DNA of 64,000 bases, from assembly GCF_964204645.1 (NCBI RefSeq), contig NC_134025.1:7812001-7876000 (forward strand). Reading direction: 5' to 3'. The stretch comes from Tubulanus polymorphus (lineage: Eukaryota > Animalia > Nemertea). Made by a program: the position numbers and the translations under genes. Below the pieces are notes generated by a model, which ran no database searches, had not been told where the DNA came from, and was given only the letters and a program-made list of their open reading frames with translations. This document shows, one piece after another, positions 14,331 through 29,300 of the stretch. Position 1 is the stretch's first letter. Each line of letters starts with the position of its first letter.

Positions 14331-17300
14331 ATGGCATCCGCTCGGATGAAGCGCGAGAGGGACCGATTTTTCGGCCTTATCCAGCAAACAGAAGAAGACG
14401 AAATTTCGCCGGATGAGAAAAAAATCAAAGACGATAAGAACGTTGAACACGATATGATATGCGTTGCCGACTTAGTGCAGGAAAAATCCGTTTTGAACGG
14501 CGACCTAACAAATGGGGATGAAAGTGGAAAACCTTCGGTAAGACTTTCTCTATTTTCATGTACGTAGCATTAGCGTTACGTTCATTTCTATACTTCATTA
14601 GCTTCTGCACAAAATATGCAAACATTTTCATGAAGTGATTTTACTCGTACATGAAAGTACTTTTTATAAGCGTCAGATATGTTTTGAAGTAATACTTACA
14701 ATAAATTGTATGTCTACATTCATTTATCCATTTATATTGAAAACTTAAATTCTATTATACCATTAAATCATGTGAGAAGATTATATGATTAGACGACTGT
14801 ATCCCATTAGAGTTTGTAACTTAGTTGTTAATCCCTTCTGATACCATATATGTATAGATCTAGTGTTAAATCTGGTGCAACTTGGTTAAAAGTAATGACT
14901 TTTTTCATGATGTAATTCCGAGTTCCACCCGACGAGGAGGTGTTATAATAAAACTCGCATCTCACAGATTATAATGATGCCATTTGACATTGACAAACTA
15001 TGCGACCACACTCTTCATTTTCCTCTGGAGGATTAGTGATGATAATTTGCTAGTTTGTGCGTTTGATGGTATTTTTGCCAGTTAACGAGCGATGCTCCAT
15101 CTCTTCCCAGGGCAATTTGTGGTGTAAGTGAAAAATATCGCTCATTTCTACCAATACGTAACTACAAAGGCTTATTTTGAGAAACCTCAGTCTATTCAAA
15201 AACCCTTTGCATCATTAGTCAACAATTGACCATGGGATGAATATATTACTTTCATAATGTCACTGACCCGTTGGCAATTAGACACGGTACATTACTGCTC
15301 TTACACTATCAATTTTCACACCTAGTATATCCCTTCATCGTATACGTGGGTTTATTGATAGCACGTGTTTACCATGTTTATTAGGTAGACCTAGCGGAAC
15401 ACTTATGTGATATACATTTAAAATGATGATGCAGAAACGATCACTCGGGAATTCTGATTTCTTAAAGCAACAATTGAAATTTCTTTTATTCATAAGATCG
15501 ATTACGAGTATAAGGAAAATATTGTAATGAAAATAACATTGCTCAAATATTTGCGATGGCTCATATCTACTCAGATGTTCGACAGTATTCTTGCCGCTAA
15601 CAAACATAGTCATCTTTTCTAATTAAATATTTCATGATATATGGAACTTAAAACGTTACCAAGGAAACAGTGTGGTGGATTGGTCGCTGGATTTTCCCAT
15701 TGAAACGACGATGCGACGTATATAGGTAAAGTGGATGTCGAGCACAGACTGATCAGCATCTAAAAACATCGATATTTTCTGCAGTGTTTGTAGGCACAAT
15801 CCGTCTCACAAAAGGCTCCGTATGGTCGGAGATAAAAGGAAACCGAAAGCGAATCCAGTATATTTGAGCTACGTGACTCGACTTTCCTTTGGTAGATAAG
15901 AAAGGTTCTCCATTACTTCTTGTAAGGAAAGAAAAAGACCAACGATAATCTAGCTTCGATGTAGAGTACAGCCAAATATGGGCGAAAATGATTGTGAAGA
16001 AGTGCAGCGTTTGCTTTACGTTAAGTACAATCTTTATGCCTGTCATTTAAACGTTGATTTTAATGTAAACTGATGGGTCTGTCGCTACATTATTTTAATC
16101 ATTTGCCAAACCGCACTTCGCTTTGATATGGAAATGTACTAAGGGTGGAAGAAGCTGATGATTCAAAGACTACTTCTCTACAGTTGAATTATAAGAATCC
16201 ATGAACAGAGATGTGGTAAATACCATATACGCGTTCTCGGACTGAATGCTTGCAATTGACAGCATTTCATTGTTTCTCCTCAATGAAGAGAAAACTGATT
16301 TTGTTTGATATTGGCTTTAAAATTGGCTTATAACGTTATGATGGATTGAAGGCGATATACGACGGCTTATTTATTATGCAACACATTCGGTCGTAGGCAA
16401 ACAATTCCCGCAAATAGGCCTACGTGCAATCTCGAATCGTTTGGTTTATAACTGAAAATCGAATATCAAGTCACCAATATCTTGTAGTGAATATGTCGAT
16501 TAAATGGCTCGTTTGGCATTAGTCAAGTGGTTATCCATCCTTGTGATATATTGACATAACTGACTTCGGAACATATCCCCTTACAGCATCTCTTCACCAC
16601 TTTCCTCTAGTGAGAATTTCCTTCGTTGCCGCATCATTGAAGTGCTATGGATGTTATACACGTTACTATGCCTCGTCCGTACCACGGAGAGGGTGCAGCC
16701 AGAATAGTGCATTACTTATTCAAGGGCTTAACACAAATTACTATTTCGATAAACTTGATATCGTGAATTTATAACAATTCTTCATCACATGAATAATATC
16801 TCAAATGAAAGCATGATGATGTATTGGTGTTTAGATGCCTTGAGTGAAATGCACTAAGTATTGTCTAGTTCTGTTTTTTGGTTTTTTTAAATCAGTAACA
16901 TTAAATCAGTTTACAGTTGTACGCCGCCATTTGGTTGTACGTCTGTCCTGTATCGTTGGGTCGTATTTCTTCTTTTCTAAAAACTATCTGTGATACGATT
17001 CATCACACGACATGAGCGGTCACCAGTCTATGCATTAAACCAATAAAAGATGCGTTGTTTTTCAACGACAGATTCACTACGCATCTGATTGGCTAGATAT
17101 ATAGACTGGCGGCTGCTATAGCGGCAACGTGAAACTTGCCGTGGGCAATGTAACAGACCAATGCGGCCAGGGTTTGCATTGGCGCGAGCTTCGACGGGCT
17201 GCAATAGTTTTTTTATTTGATATTTATTCGAAAAAAAATCATTCCAGGCACCGTATGCGTCCTTTCAAAAGATATTTAAATCTGAATTCAAAGATATCCG

Positions 17301-20300
17301 GCCGCGTACGGCTTATTGCAGCGCGTCTTTTGTCATTCAGAGTTTGAGTACTGTTTTTAATGATTTATTAGCGAAAGTAAAATAAGTTCGAAGTACGCGT
17401 AATAGATGACATGCAGCAGCAGCCCCCGGATGCGAAGTTCATTCGACGCGACTGGTTCCGATACTGATGTCTGTTACCAAGGCAACGTTGAAATAACAGG
17501 AGGCCGAGAGAAAATAACGCGCGAGTTGCATATCTCGGTTTGGTCTGCCGGTCAGTGCAATACCACCAAATTATTCTAAATTTGCGTTCATTAATCTTCT
17601 TTTTATACCGTTTCGGCCCGGAAACTAACTGAAGGAGGGAAGGATTGCTCGACAGACTATTCATCAAAGATATGTGTTTCGCAAGATATGATCGGTCACA
17701 CGTATATAGTTGCAATTTACAATGCTTCCACGGAGGATAGACAACAAGACAGTAAATAATGCGATGCCAAATAATGCATGCATGCTTTCCCCCTGCGCAT
17801 CTTCCGCAATCGCGATGTGTCATGTAGCGTCGTGTAAAGCTGTCAGGATTTTGTTTGTTTGATACATGTAATGAGCTATTTCTTTCACCGCACTGAGGCA
17901 ACCACTCAATCAACGCGGGTTTCCAAGAAAGAGGCTGTTTACGGACGTCTCATTTCGTTCTTTGCCAACGATAAAACGGTCTTCCACGACAAACCCCATA
18001 CTCCATCTCGCGGAATCACCTATCATCTTTGACATACTTCGAAAGGTTGTTTGGGTAGATGCCTGCAAATAGAAGAATTTCTTCCGCACGTAAACATTTT
18101 TTTACAAGATACTTTTATAACGCTATCTTAGTGGCCCAATGACAAATGATATTTCTCTTACATATTTTTCGAAAACAAATAAAATGTCAGAAAAAATATT
18201 GGATGCACTGAAGAGAAACAATTAATAGCTAATTTACGAAAAATAAGAAATCATTATATAGACCATCAGTTACAGGTACTTTTTAGCAAACAAAAGATTC
18301 ATAGCTTTTACTTCGTAGAATTAATTGAGATTATCATGTACGAGAAATGACAGGTTTTCGTTTCTGTTGCGAATAGACGTGTGCATGTTTACCGAATGAT
18401 GGTGGCAACTCATTTACACCACACGTCTGACTTTCGATGTTTGTTGCATTTTGTACGTTCATGCAACCGGGAATACTGTCTCCGACAACGATGTGTTTTA
18501 TGGTTATATGTTTTGTGCAGTAAAGAAACAGTTGGTTATTTGCTGAAATGTGATGAGAATGGATTTTCTCAATATACCATCGTCTGCAATTCGGAATCTC
18601 CATGGTAAACTGAAAAGTTAGCTTCTAAGCGTTCTATCGAATGGAAGTGACATGTATTGTGCTTGGGCATCATTACATCGTCAGTGAACGATTCAACCAG
18701 CATTTTCTGTAGTCGTTTAAGTGTTTTCAACTCTCCCTCTCTCAAAAACCTATAAATTAATAATGGTGTCTAAACGAATGTCATAACAATGGAAGTAAGT
18801 GGGGTCGCCAGGGCTATGCAGACTTCGACGATGGAGCAGAAACGACGCTCCAAAAACCTATCGGAGTTTAGCAAAAGCGCTTTCAACAAGACGGTGGATT
18901 TTTCCTATGAAAATGAAATGTGTCCAGACGTTACTATCGGAGATGTTACTATAACTGAAATCGACGTTGACGAACAAGTAAGTAGAAATAATGTTTGCAC
19001 CCCAAACGTTGTGCTCTCAAAAGTTCTTGTTGTGGCACTTCTTCCGATTATACATCGTGATAATTCATGGATTTATGTGTGATCGCCCTACTTATATCCC
19101 GTTTATTCATTTAGGTACTTGTTGTTGATGTTTTCTTAGAAGAGTAACAACATAGTTGTCATACATCTTATAAAAGGATGGAATCTCGATATAATAAATA
19201 ATTTTCGCTCTCGTTTCAGGCAGTTAATTTTAATACTGTTACATTACTTAAGGTTAATGTTCACCTGTTTCAGGAAGTTGATTTTTTCGTTACATTACTT
19301 CAGGTTTGCGTTCACCTGTTGCCTCATAGATTGCGTATCATAGATTGCCGACACTGATCTAAATACGCGGATATGCTAATTTTGTTCGTGAACATATAGC
19401 TTGTACATGTTGTTAGTTTCCTAGAACCCTCCACTGAAGTAACTGCGCTAGATTTTATACACGAGAATAAATAATGAATACATTTTTATAGAAACAAGCT
19501 ATGGTCTATTAAAGTAAATGTCCTCTTAATAGAAATAAATGATTTTGGTGTTGGGCACATGTTTTGCAGCTATCTGTTATTCGTCACAATAATTGAAAAC
19601 TTTTTCGTACGTGGATCTATCAACGTGTAATTGAGTAAAATGTATATCTCTGGTCTCTGGTACTGGTAGAGATATTTCACAGGACTGTTGGCGGAACAGA
19701 GACTCGAGACTCATCCGTACGCGTCGACCTCAAATTTTGCGTGTCCACTGAAATCTGAGTGGTAAGACAACGCCCTGGATGGAATGAACAGTGTAGTGTA
19801 GATCTGATAGTATGAATACGTTATGCTATTCTTTACAATGTACTTTACATCTTTTAGTCGCAGAATTGACCACCACATGTCCTAATATATAAGGAGAACA
19901 TTTAAACATCTATGTGAGAAGACATTTAAACATCTATATGAGAAGAGCATTTTTGGCTCACAGGTTTTTTAATGAAAAATCTCATATCGATACTTCTTCT
20001 AGTTTATTACTATATACTCGGGAGTCGTTCGTTTGACAAAATCCAACATATGAGAAAGTGTTTTCTAACGAACATGTACAAACGCATATATGATATTCGA
20101 CAATATTCCATCCTGTGCTTGCACGACTCGTATCACATCAACGTGCGACATTTAATAGCGTCTCGGGGATGTATGGGAAACATCGTTGATAGATGGCCAG
20201 ACAGCTTTTATTTCCCGAATGCTCGTGGGCTGATTTTGGCATCCAATGGGCCTGTCTTACGTATGCTGATAGTGCTTTTATTGCGGCACTTGAGCTCCAC

Positions 20301-23300
20301 TTAACGTCTTAATAAAGACCACGAAAGCAACAAACGCTTTATTTTTGTCACCGACTTAAGTTTAGATTAATTGCGTGAAGATCGAAACTTTCGGCATTCT
20401 TTTCTATTCAGAGTTGGCCAATTCATCCGCTCTCTGTCTATCTCTCACGGGATATGCAAAGACCGAATTAGATCATTGCCTGTAGCATCTACAACGTCGA
20501 CAGTCTGGATGTCTAATTAAAGAGACCAAGTAATACGGTTACAGATCACCAGATCATCTACATTTTGGATCCTGCCACAATCTTATCATTCCGATAGTCT
20601 GATTGCTTCGAGGTTATATTAACACCATCATTCGTCCATCGCATGCGTTAGTAGTTCGGGCGATTGGTCGCCATGATGACAACTTCTAAAAAGGGTATGC
20701 AACGGCTTATACGCTGTCGAAAATCCATTCATAGCTCTTCCGTTAACTTCACATTGTCGTTCTATCCCAGCCAAGTAAATTGCATTACCTCAGCTGTAGA
20801 AATCCAATTCTCCGAGATGCATATATCAGACATGCTGCTCTGCCCAAGCTTACTTTCTAAAGTGCGTATATCTTTTTCGATGGGAATAAAATAGAATTTG
20901 ATTATATAATGAGATGAGGAGCACGTCATAACATTTTGTTGAAAAGCAATGAATCGATTGCTTTACTAAATCATAAACCTGGCGATTGCGATCATGACGA
21001 AGATTAAATGATATGGCAAAAATCAGATATTCCGCCCACGTATCGACAGCAAATTGAATGCCGCTATGTATTGATGGCAATGAAAGTACTCGGTCGTGAA
21101 GGGTAGTGTTATCGTTATGGTACTTGGGCAGAGGCGCTTTGCCCCGCATCTCCGCGCGCAGGCGGGATACTAAATATCCTAATCATACGTCATTTTCTGT
21201 TCTGTCTGGAGAATGCAGCCCTGGCAGCAGTGTATCGAGTATATTCATCCCGAGTGTCGACGATAATTATTTTCGTCGCTGGATAGGCGCGACCGAGCAC
21301 GCGATAGTTCTTCACAGTACTGAAGATGTCATCATTTTGTTTCGCGCGAAGCTTCAAGTGAGGATCAAGTGCGCCCTCAAATCTCGAACTACGTAGCAAG
21401 CGAAGCGGCATCTAGAAAATTAACCGAACGCGAATTTGAATCGTTGGCTAATGGATTTATCGTCATTTGTTCGTCGAATGAGTTTGCTGCCATAAATTGT
21501 CGTTTTGGAAGTCTGGAGGTATGGTTGTCGGGCTGGATATAAACGAATTCGGGAGATAGCACAGATACAGGAGAGTTAACATAATGGTGGTGAGTTTATG
21601 GAAATAGAAATTCTTCGATCGCGCATTTTTTCTCTAGATGAAAGAAATACGTTCTGTTGTTAAATCATTTTTACGTTTAAGATGATCGAAACATATTTTG
21701 TAGGACTTGGTGAAAAGTCTGCCCCTGGAATGGCTTTTACCAAACTGTAAGGGGAGTACATTCTCAATTTGATAGACTTCTGTTTAACTGCTCTATACAT
21801 GTATTTCATTTCAAGACTTTTTTTCAAACATAATCATTAATACTAGTTTGCCTTGCTTTTGCAGCTTCTAAGCGCGCAAAATGTATATAAACGCTTGCGC
21901 AACTTAAGACGTTGCCATTTACGCAATTCGTATATAGGATCAACTCTTTGACAGCGCTGTGGATGCGCTATGACTTATTAATCCCTGATCAAATACCATA
22001 AATTTAGATTTTCCTATCGCTTGACACATTAATGAATCACGAATAACTACTATTTTGTCTATGGTTGCAGAGCTATGGCTTAAACTAATGTACCGCTGGG
22101 CACATGGCCACCAAACGAGTGAAAAATTCCGATATTATCGTATGCACGATTTGTTCGCTTTATCTGTCGAATGTTTTTTAAATTCATATAGTTATTTTGA
22201 ATTGGTGCATGCATGCATATCGGTGATGGATGGAGCCGCATTTTCAAACGTATGAAAAAACATCTGAACCAATACAGCATTAGCTTTTTGTATAATTTAC
22301 TGACCGACCGCAAATTTTGGAATATTCAACGAAATTTATTTTCTGTGGTTATTATAATAGTGGTTATTATACAATAACGGTTTTACATGACCTTGGTGAT
22401 TTGCCATACAGCACATTACCAAAGCAGTTCCGCGTGTTTTATATATCTCAGCATCCAGAAGGTAAGGGCAATTTACGCTCAGTTTTATTCCCAACATGTA
22501 CCCTAGGGTGCTCGTAATGCACAAACACATCATCATTCCGTATAAAGGAAATTACCGTGGATCTGAGATGGTTTCCGTATAAGACATGCTTACGTGCTCT
22601 TTCAAACACAAAACGTTCAAGAAATCATCAATAACCCTCATAAAAATACACCTGTATCGATTCACATGCGAGGTGTAAGACGAAGGACAGTCATCCTGGA
22701 GAGTCATAACAAGAAAGATATGAAGCCAAAGAGGGTTTTCTTGTAACAACAGTTATATATCGTTGTAGTTTCTAGATCTAACTTCAATTATTAAATTTGA
22801 TAATAATGCATAGATGACATGTGTAAACAATAGTGAAAATTTTACTTTCCAGAGGCGTAGAGGGCTATTACTGGGTAGGATCACACAGATCTATCGCTAA
22901 TTTACTACAGCTTCATTTGTGTACATTGATATCAAATCTAATCAATTTACTTCGACAAGCTGCTGCCACGTTAATTAGTGTTCGGTCGGCATTTAGCGAG
23001 GAGCTTTCACGTTGGATGGGCTCTCGGATTGTCAATTCCACGACGAAATACCAATACAGAGGGACCCACGCACTTAGACACTTTGATTCGCGGTAATCCA
23101 GAAGAAAATCGATAACTATGAATATTATGACTGGAGGCGGTTAACCGGAAGTAAAGGTTTGCAAGGAACTGCGATTTACCGCAATGTTAAAAACTTTAAG
23201 GTGTTGGGGAAAGGAGGAAATGCTTTATAGGGCTGCTGTATAGTATTTCTACGACATAAAAGTGAAGGAAATAATGTATATGTATGTCCTGCTCTATCAT

Positions 23301-26300
23301 CAGAGTGATGCACATGGGCCCCTTCAGATGGTACCAGGATGTCAGCAAACCGATGATTTAGAATTGATTCCCAGTTCATTTTTTTCGTAGTACCATTGCG
23401 TACCTTGACTGAATGGTGGGTGAAATCTAGGCTTGCACTCGGCTTTTATCACCGGAGACGCGTTTACGACGATCGTTATTTTTTTCTATCCATTTCAGGA
23501 TCAAACGAACTTGCCATCAGTTGGAGAAACGGCCAAACGCCTTAAACTATTCTCCAGTGTATTCGAAAATTTAATTACTTCCATCTGGAGGCTCATCAGA
23601 ACCACCACGCTCAGATCTTTTTGAGACTGGATCATTTCGGCAGATCAATTAATGAATTGAACTGGTGATCCCAAAGGAGGTAATATTTCAGTGGAAATAG
23701 AGATGCAATCCTTTTTGGCATGTATTCGGCGCACGGGTGTTGATTGATTCAATCGGAAACTACAATTTTCGTCAACTTTTTTGCAAGACTTGAAGCGCTG
23801 TGTTTTTGCAAAAGCCTTGTCAAATAGATTCAACTACAGAACGTTCTGTTGATTGGAGAAAGGAAGAAAATATTAAGTCCCTGCTGCTGCAATATGCCTA
23901 TGGCGCCTTGGAACAAGATAATGGTTTTCATCGCGAACGACATAAGAAGCCGTGCCTTAAACAGACATCAATCCCCATTGGTTGCCTCGGGGCCTCAATT
24001 GCATCTTGACCTTCATTTCTCTCGACACTTTTGATTTCTGGAACTTGTGCAGGAATCATTGTTTGTGTCATGCGTCGAGGCGTCAGCAAAATTAATCGAC
24101 GTTTTCTGATGGAGTAAGCCATCGGAGTCTCAAGTCAAAACTCAGCCAATATCACGTTTTCATATTCCAAATGCGCTAGTCGATGAGACTGAAGTGTAGG
24201 TATGGTATATAAATGAATTTGTGAAATAGTTAGTCTCACTGTAAGGGCCATTATGAACCACGATTTGTCCATGAAATTTTCATGTAACTTCGTTACATTT
24301 ATAGCTCACTTACCGATAACAAGATACAAGAGAGCGATTATACGGCTTCGTGTAGTTGCGTTTCCATTCTAAAATATTCATTGGAAAACCGGCCAATAAT
24401 CAGAGGTAGGCGAATATATTTAATCACAATAACAGTGGAGCACTTCAAATAAAGGACTCGCAAACTACAGAATTCAGTATCGACTAATGAAATGATCCAT
24501 TCTGAGGGAATTGACCTCCTCAAAATCCATGAATAGGCCTCGTTCTGTCTTATCCGGTCTTCGAGCTAATTACAATATGAATAACTGTTAGGACGATTTT
24601 GTTGCATTATGGGCATTACCTTAATCCCTCCTACGCCTGATGGCTTGGAATTACACTTTCGGTCGTCACTGATAGACAAAACCCATTTCATCATCCGTCA
24701 CATCTGAAGTTTTGTTCTGTAATCAGATCAACCGGCGTATAGTGATTACAGTCGGTAGGATTAATTAATCCCGTACGCTCGTCTGTACTTAACGTCCCTT
24801 CCGGTCAGATGGCAATTTCGGCTTCAAAGATAATTGACATCCGTTCTACAACAGTACTCTTCACCACAATCGTAGCGTCGAGAAAGATGATATTGATTCT
24901 AAGAGAAATTACGAGGACTCGCGTTTAACATTCGTTCTGTTTTTTACCGGATTTATTGCCAACGCCTGTTTGTTTCTGTTTTCGTTTCTGGGTGAATACA
25001 ACTTGACCCTCATGCTTTGGTGGCCTTGGGAACTTTATCAATGTAACTTTATTGTTGGCAGATCTCCCGGAAACGGTGACATCTCTGAACCATGGAATTA
25101 TGTTGAAAGAAGACATTGGGAATCCCATCTCCAACGCGTAGGAAATGTTAATCAAAGTCCATGTCACTTCTGCTCTTTCAGGTGAAAGTAGATGTATCCG
25201 TAGTGTTTCTCAAGATTGGAGAGATTGATACTATCAAAGAACAGTACAGCGCAGACGTACTTGTCAAATCAAAATGGCGGACATCGTCGTTGGATCGCGC
25301 TGTCAACGAGGATTTAGAGGTAAGTATGTTTTCACGAAAAATGTTGTAGGTCTGCGGGTTTAACGGCCAAAAGCATTAGAACATTGCATTTCAGAATAGA
25401 TGCTTCAAATGAAAGAAACTACAATTAGCGATGAAAACAAATTCGCGATTAACTTACAAGCATATGCAGTTGGTTAGTTTTGTTTTGTTGGAAGTTCAAG
25501 GTGACGACGGCTGTTGATTTCTTTTCACTAATGGGGCCCTCAAATTCATTCGTGATATAAATAGTCAATCAGGAAGATTGCATGTAAACGGAATCCACGA
25601 TCACTATCATACCAGCGATAGCATATTAATGATCACTTTATCGTCGAAAACAGAACTTATGACTTATGAAACTTATGACAATTAGTGCTTGAAAATAGTG
25701 GTTTGTTTCGTTCCATATTGGATCTGAATTTCCACGTCTCAAAAGATCGGCTCCTAATAATTGCTAGGATTAAAATCGCTGGATGCGTGGATTATTCAGA
25801 TGATAGTTGATATTTTTGATTTCCTTGCCGATCGTTAAATTCTAGATCGTTCTAGATGAGTTTGGCTGTCTTCATGCGGTGCGTCATATTATCTGTTTAT
25901 AACGTATGTAGTTTTGGTATAATGTAGTTGTGTATTTAGGAAAAAAGAAAATTTCATGTCGTTAATTTGTCTAGCTGATGCATCACTGTGCATTTAGTAT
26001 ACAAAATCACGACAGAAACCCGAAAAATGTTGAACAATCATAAATCACACTATACAGCCATTCGCTAATGGCAGCCGCAGCCCCGATCATTTATTGTGCT
26101 TACATAACTCACGAAAAACGTCTGACAACTTTCGGAAACACGACTAAACCAGCGTAGTTGTCTCACATCGTAATCCATCAATCGTAGGTCAACGGTCAAC
26201 TGTAGAGCGATGATGTGTTTACACCCGTAAGGGTGAAATTATTTCACGACCAGCGCTACCATTGATCACGGGAAATTGCCGGCTTAGTGCTGCTGACAAG

Positions 26301-29300
26301 AACGTTGATGAATGCCGGTAGAAAGTAACAGCCTTTGTCGAGAAAATTGTTAATGATTAAAGCAAACGGTGACCGAGAAAAATTTGCTCGCAATCATGTT
26401 TTTCTTATTATTATTTTAAAACCATATAGAAAGCATTCATGACAGCCGAATTTAATTTTCAAATGCATTTTTAATTCTTCTAGACATTCTTGGCCTGGTT
26501 CTAATTCCTCAAAATAACCAATCGGCATAATTCCCTAAGTGTTACTACCCCAACGACTTGATATGTTAACATACCCCCTTGATGTTGACGCAAATGAAGT
26601 GGTATGGTCAACTACCCCTTGGTATTATTAGCTCAAAGAAGTGCTTTGGGTACATGTGCGTTGATTTCGGTAATACGACCATATGAGTGCTTTACAAACA
26701 CAATATTCCACGGAACAAACATCTTTCTTAAAAAATGTGAATACGCTCGTCTAGACGGAGTGATTAAACGGAATATTCGACATCAATCATATCCTCGGTC
26801 ACTGATGACTTGGTTGGACGAATAGCTTACAGTAAATGTAAATCAAAGCGTATAGGTCGCTGTGATATTTTTGCTATATTCTGTAATTGACAGAAAACAC
26901 AAAACGTGGACATCGAACACATATGGAATCCACGAATCTACATAGAAAATACATTGGGCGATCCAAAAGAGAGCATATACCGAAGTGTATTATGGAACGA
27001 CAAGGGTGAAGCATTTGTTCAGGAAAAGAGGCGAGTGAAAGGCGTATTTCTAGAAAACCTGGAACTCAACGATTTTCCCTTTGACGTTCAGGTTAGTTTC
27101 AATTTCGTTTGATTTGACGTTTTAAAAATCGAGGTACAATATTCATTTTTTTTTGCTACAGGACCTAACAGTAACAATTGCGAGTGACAGGCCAACGAAT
27201 GAAGTAGAGGTAGTTAGTGATCCTGTGGACTTGCATCGGATAAACAAACAGTCTTTCGTCGACGAGCAAGAATGGCTTCTTTACAAGCACATCGAAGCCG
27301 AGCAAACGACTCTTACGTACGAACATGCTGATCCAACTTTCGTGCGCCAGGCCCTGTCCGTAAAGTGTAGAGCAGCCAGACGCCCTGCTTATTTCTTCTG
27401 GAATATCTTTCTCATAACGGTATGGCCTATTTGCCGTTTAGATAGTCTCTCAGTAAACTTAATAAGGTGACATACATATACATTTTCTACAATTGGATCG
27501 TGCGAATTATAATCTTACTACTATTATTTTGATATTTTCTCATCAGAGGTAAAATTTCTTTTGCAGTTCTTGATTTGTAGCTTATCGTTTGCTACGTTCG
27601 CCGTGACGCAGGAAAAACCCGAAAATCGCCTTCAGTTGTCTTTCACACTTGTACTCACGTCCGTTGCTTTCAAATTCGTCGTAAACCAAAGTTTACCGAA
27701 GATATCGTATTTGACATATCTGGTAAGCCATGTTATTGTTTTAGCAATCAAACATATATCCTATGCATATCTAGATTCTAAATTCTAGTTGTTGTTTATA
27801 GGGTCTGACAAATCTTCATTCCTCATATTTCATATTCATTTTCCTTGTGCATGATGTTTAGTCACTTTCACTAGTTTTTCTTGCTAGGACCGAATCTAAC
27901 GTCAGTCTAAAATTTGATGTATGACTTATGAATATTGGAGAATGTAATGTGAATTTTGTTTGAATATCACGAGCGCAGTTTAAAAATGGACATCAGACTT
28001 GTCTTACTGGAAACATACTTTTCATGCGCGTTTCTAGCGCGAATCTCGTTAGTTCTATCCGTTTATTTTTCAGTAAACCCACGCGGCGGATACTTAGCGT
28101 GATTAAAAGCTGATTTATCGGTTCCGTATAGTCTCTTACGCGTCAATTTCGAAGTATAAAGATTCATTTTCATCCGGTGTGCACTTGGTGATCCGTCTGC
28201 TGTACCAACATTTTCTGTTCCCAAATATAAACGTGGCAATAAATATCTGAGCGATCATTTTTCATCATAAGGAGCGCGTCAATCGCGGAATCTTATTGCG
28301 GGGAATAAATAACATGAGATCGCTGACTCGTCGTATTCTTAGATTTAAAGGGGTTAGCTAGGAGGTAACCAGTGGATCATCAGCTCTTCTAATTCTTCTT
28401 TCTTTTCATTTGATTGCAATATTCCCGTATAACCGAATCATACGACGCATCGCATCTTGATTGCGAGCGTAATTCATCAATGTTTGTATATGATCAAACT
28501 CTTAAAAGAGATTCGCGAGAGAGCATTTACATGAAAAACGTATTAAGTTTTGAGACATCGCAATCTCTGGTCATCGGATTTATGCATAGCACATCTCGCC
28601 GCACATAAATGAAACATTTAGATCTGAACGAGGACGTGCGCGCGTTCATTTCATCGCTGCATTTCAGCAAATTTCATCAACTTAAATGCTAAATTCATTT
28701 TTAATGAAATAATGTATGCGTTAGATATCAAAGCTTCCTCGTTGGGACATAACGTTTTTAACTTTTAGAAAGAAAATTCTAAACGAACTGATGAAATTGA
28801 TACAAATTTAACATTTCAATGTACTAGAAAAATCGATTTGATTTGTAATTTCAAATTGAACCCTTTTGTTTCAAATCATGGGTAATTGTGTTGAAAGCCG
28901 CTACGTCATTGAAAATACAACTTCATAAAATCAAATGTATCTCTTACTACAGGACAAGTACGTATTGGCATCGATGATAATGCTGAACGTGGTTTGCGTA
29001 TGGCACGCAATAATAGGCTCTATTGCCAAAGCAGTCGGCATTGAGAACAAGAAGAAGGCACGAGATATCGAAACCGGAGTTTTATGTTTTCTCATTGGAT
29101 TTTACTTTCTGTACAATCTGGCTTTTTCCATACGCATCTATTCTTATGTGAGTATATCTTGTCTTAAATCCGTTCGAGTTGATTACCGAGGGTCTACAAA
29201 TACTTTCCGCCAAGTCAGCGGATTAAGGGCCCCCACGGATCAGTGAAACTATGAACATGCATTGATCAGTTATAACTAACTATCCTTGAGGGGCCGCTTG

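Noticed and set aside
23500-24200. Possible extra channel exon (strong acceptor near 23500, donor near 24200)
   Set aside because: Stops in all frames and donor phase incompatible with the phase-0 acceptor at 25182; at most non-coding or a decayed repeat.
24900-25170. Possible SINE/MITE-like repeat before exon 25182
   Set aside because: No second copy, TIR or TSD could be established from this window.
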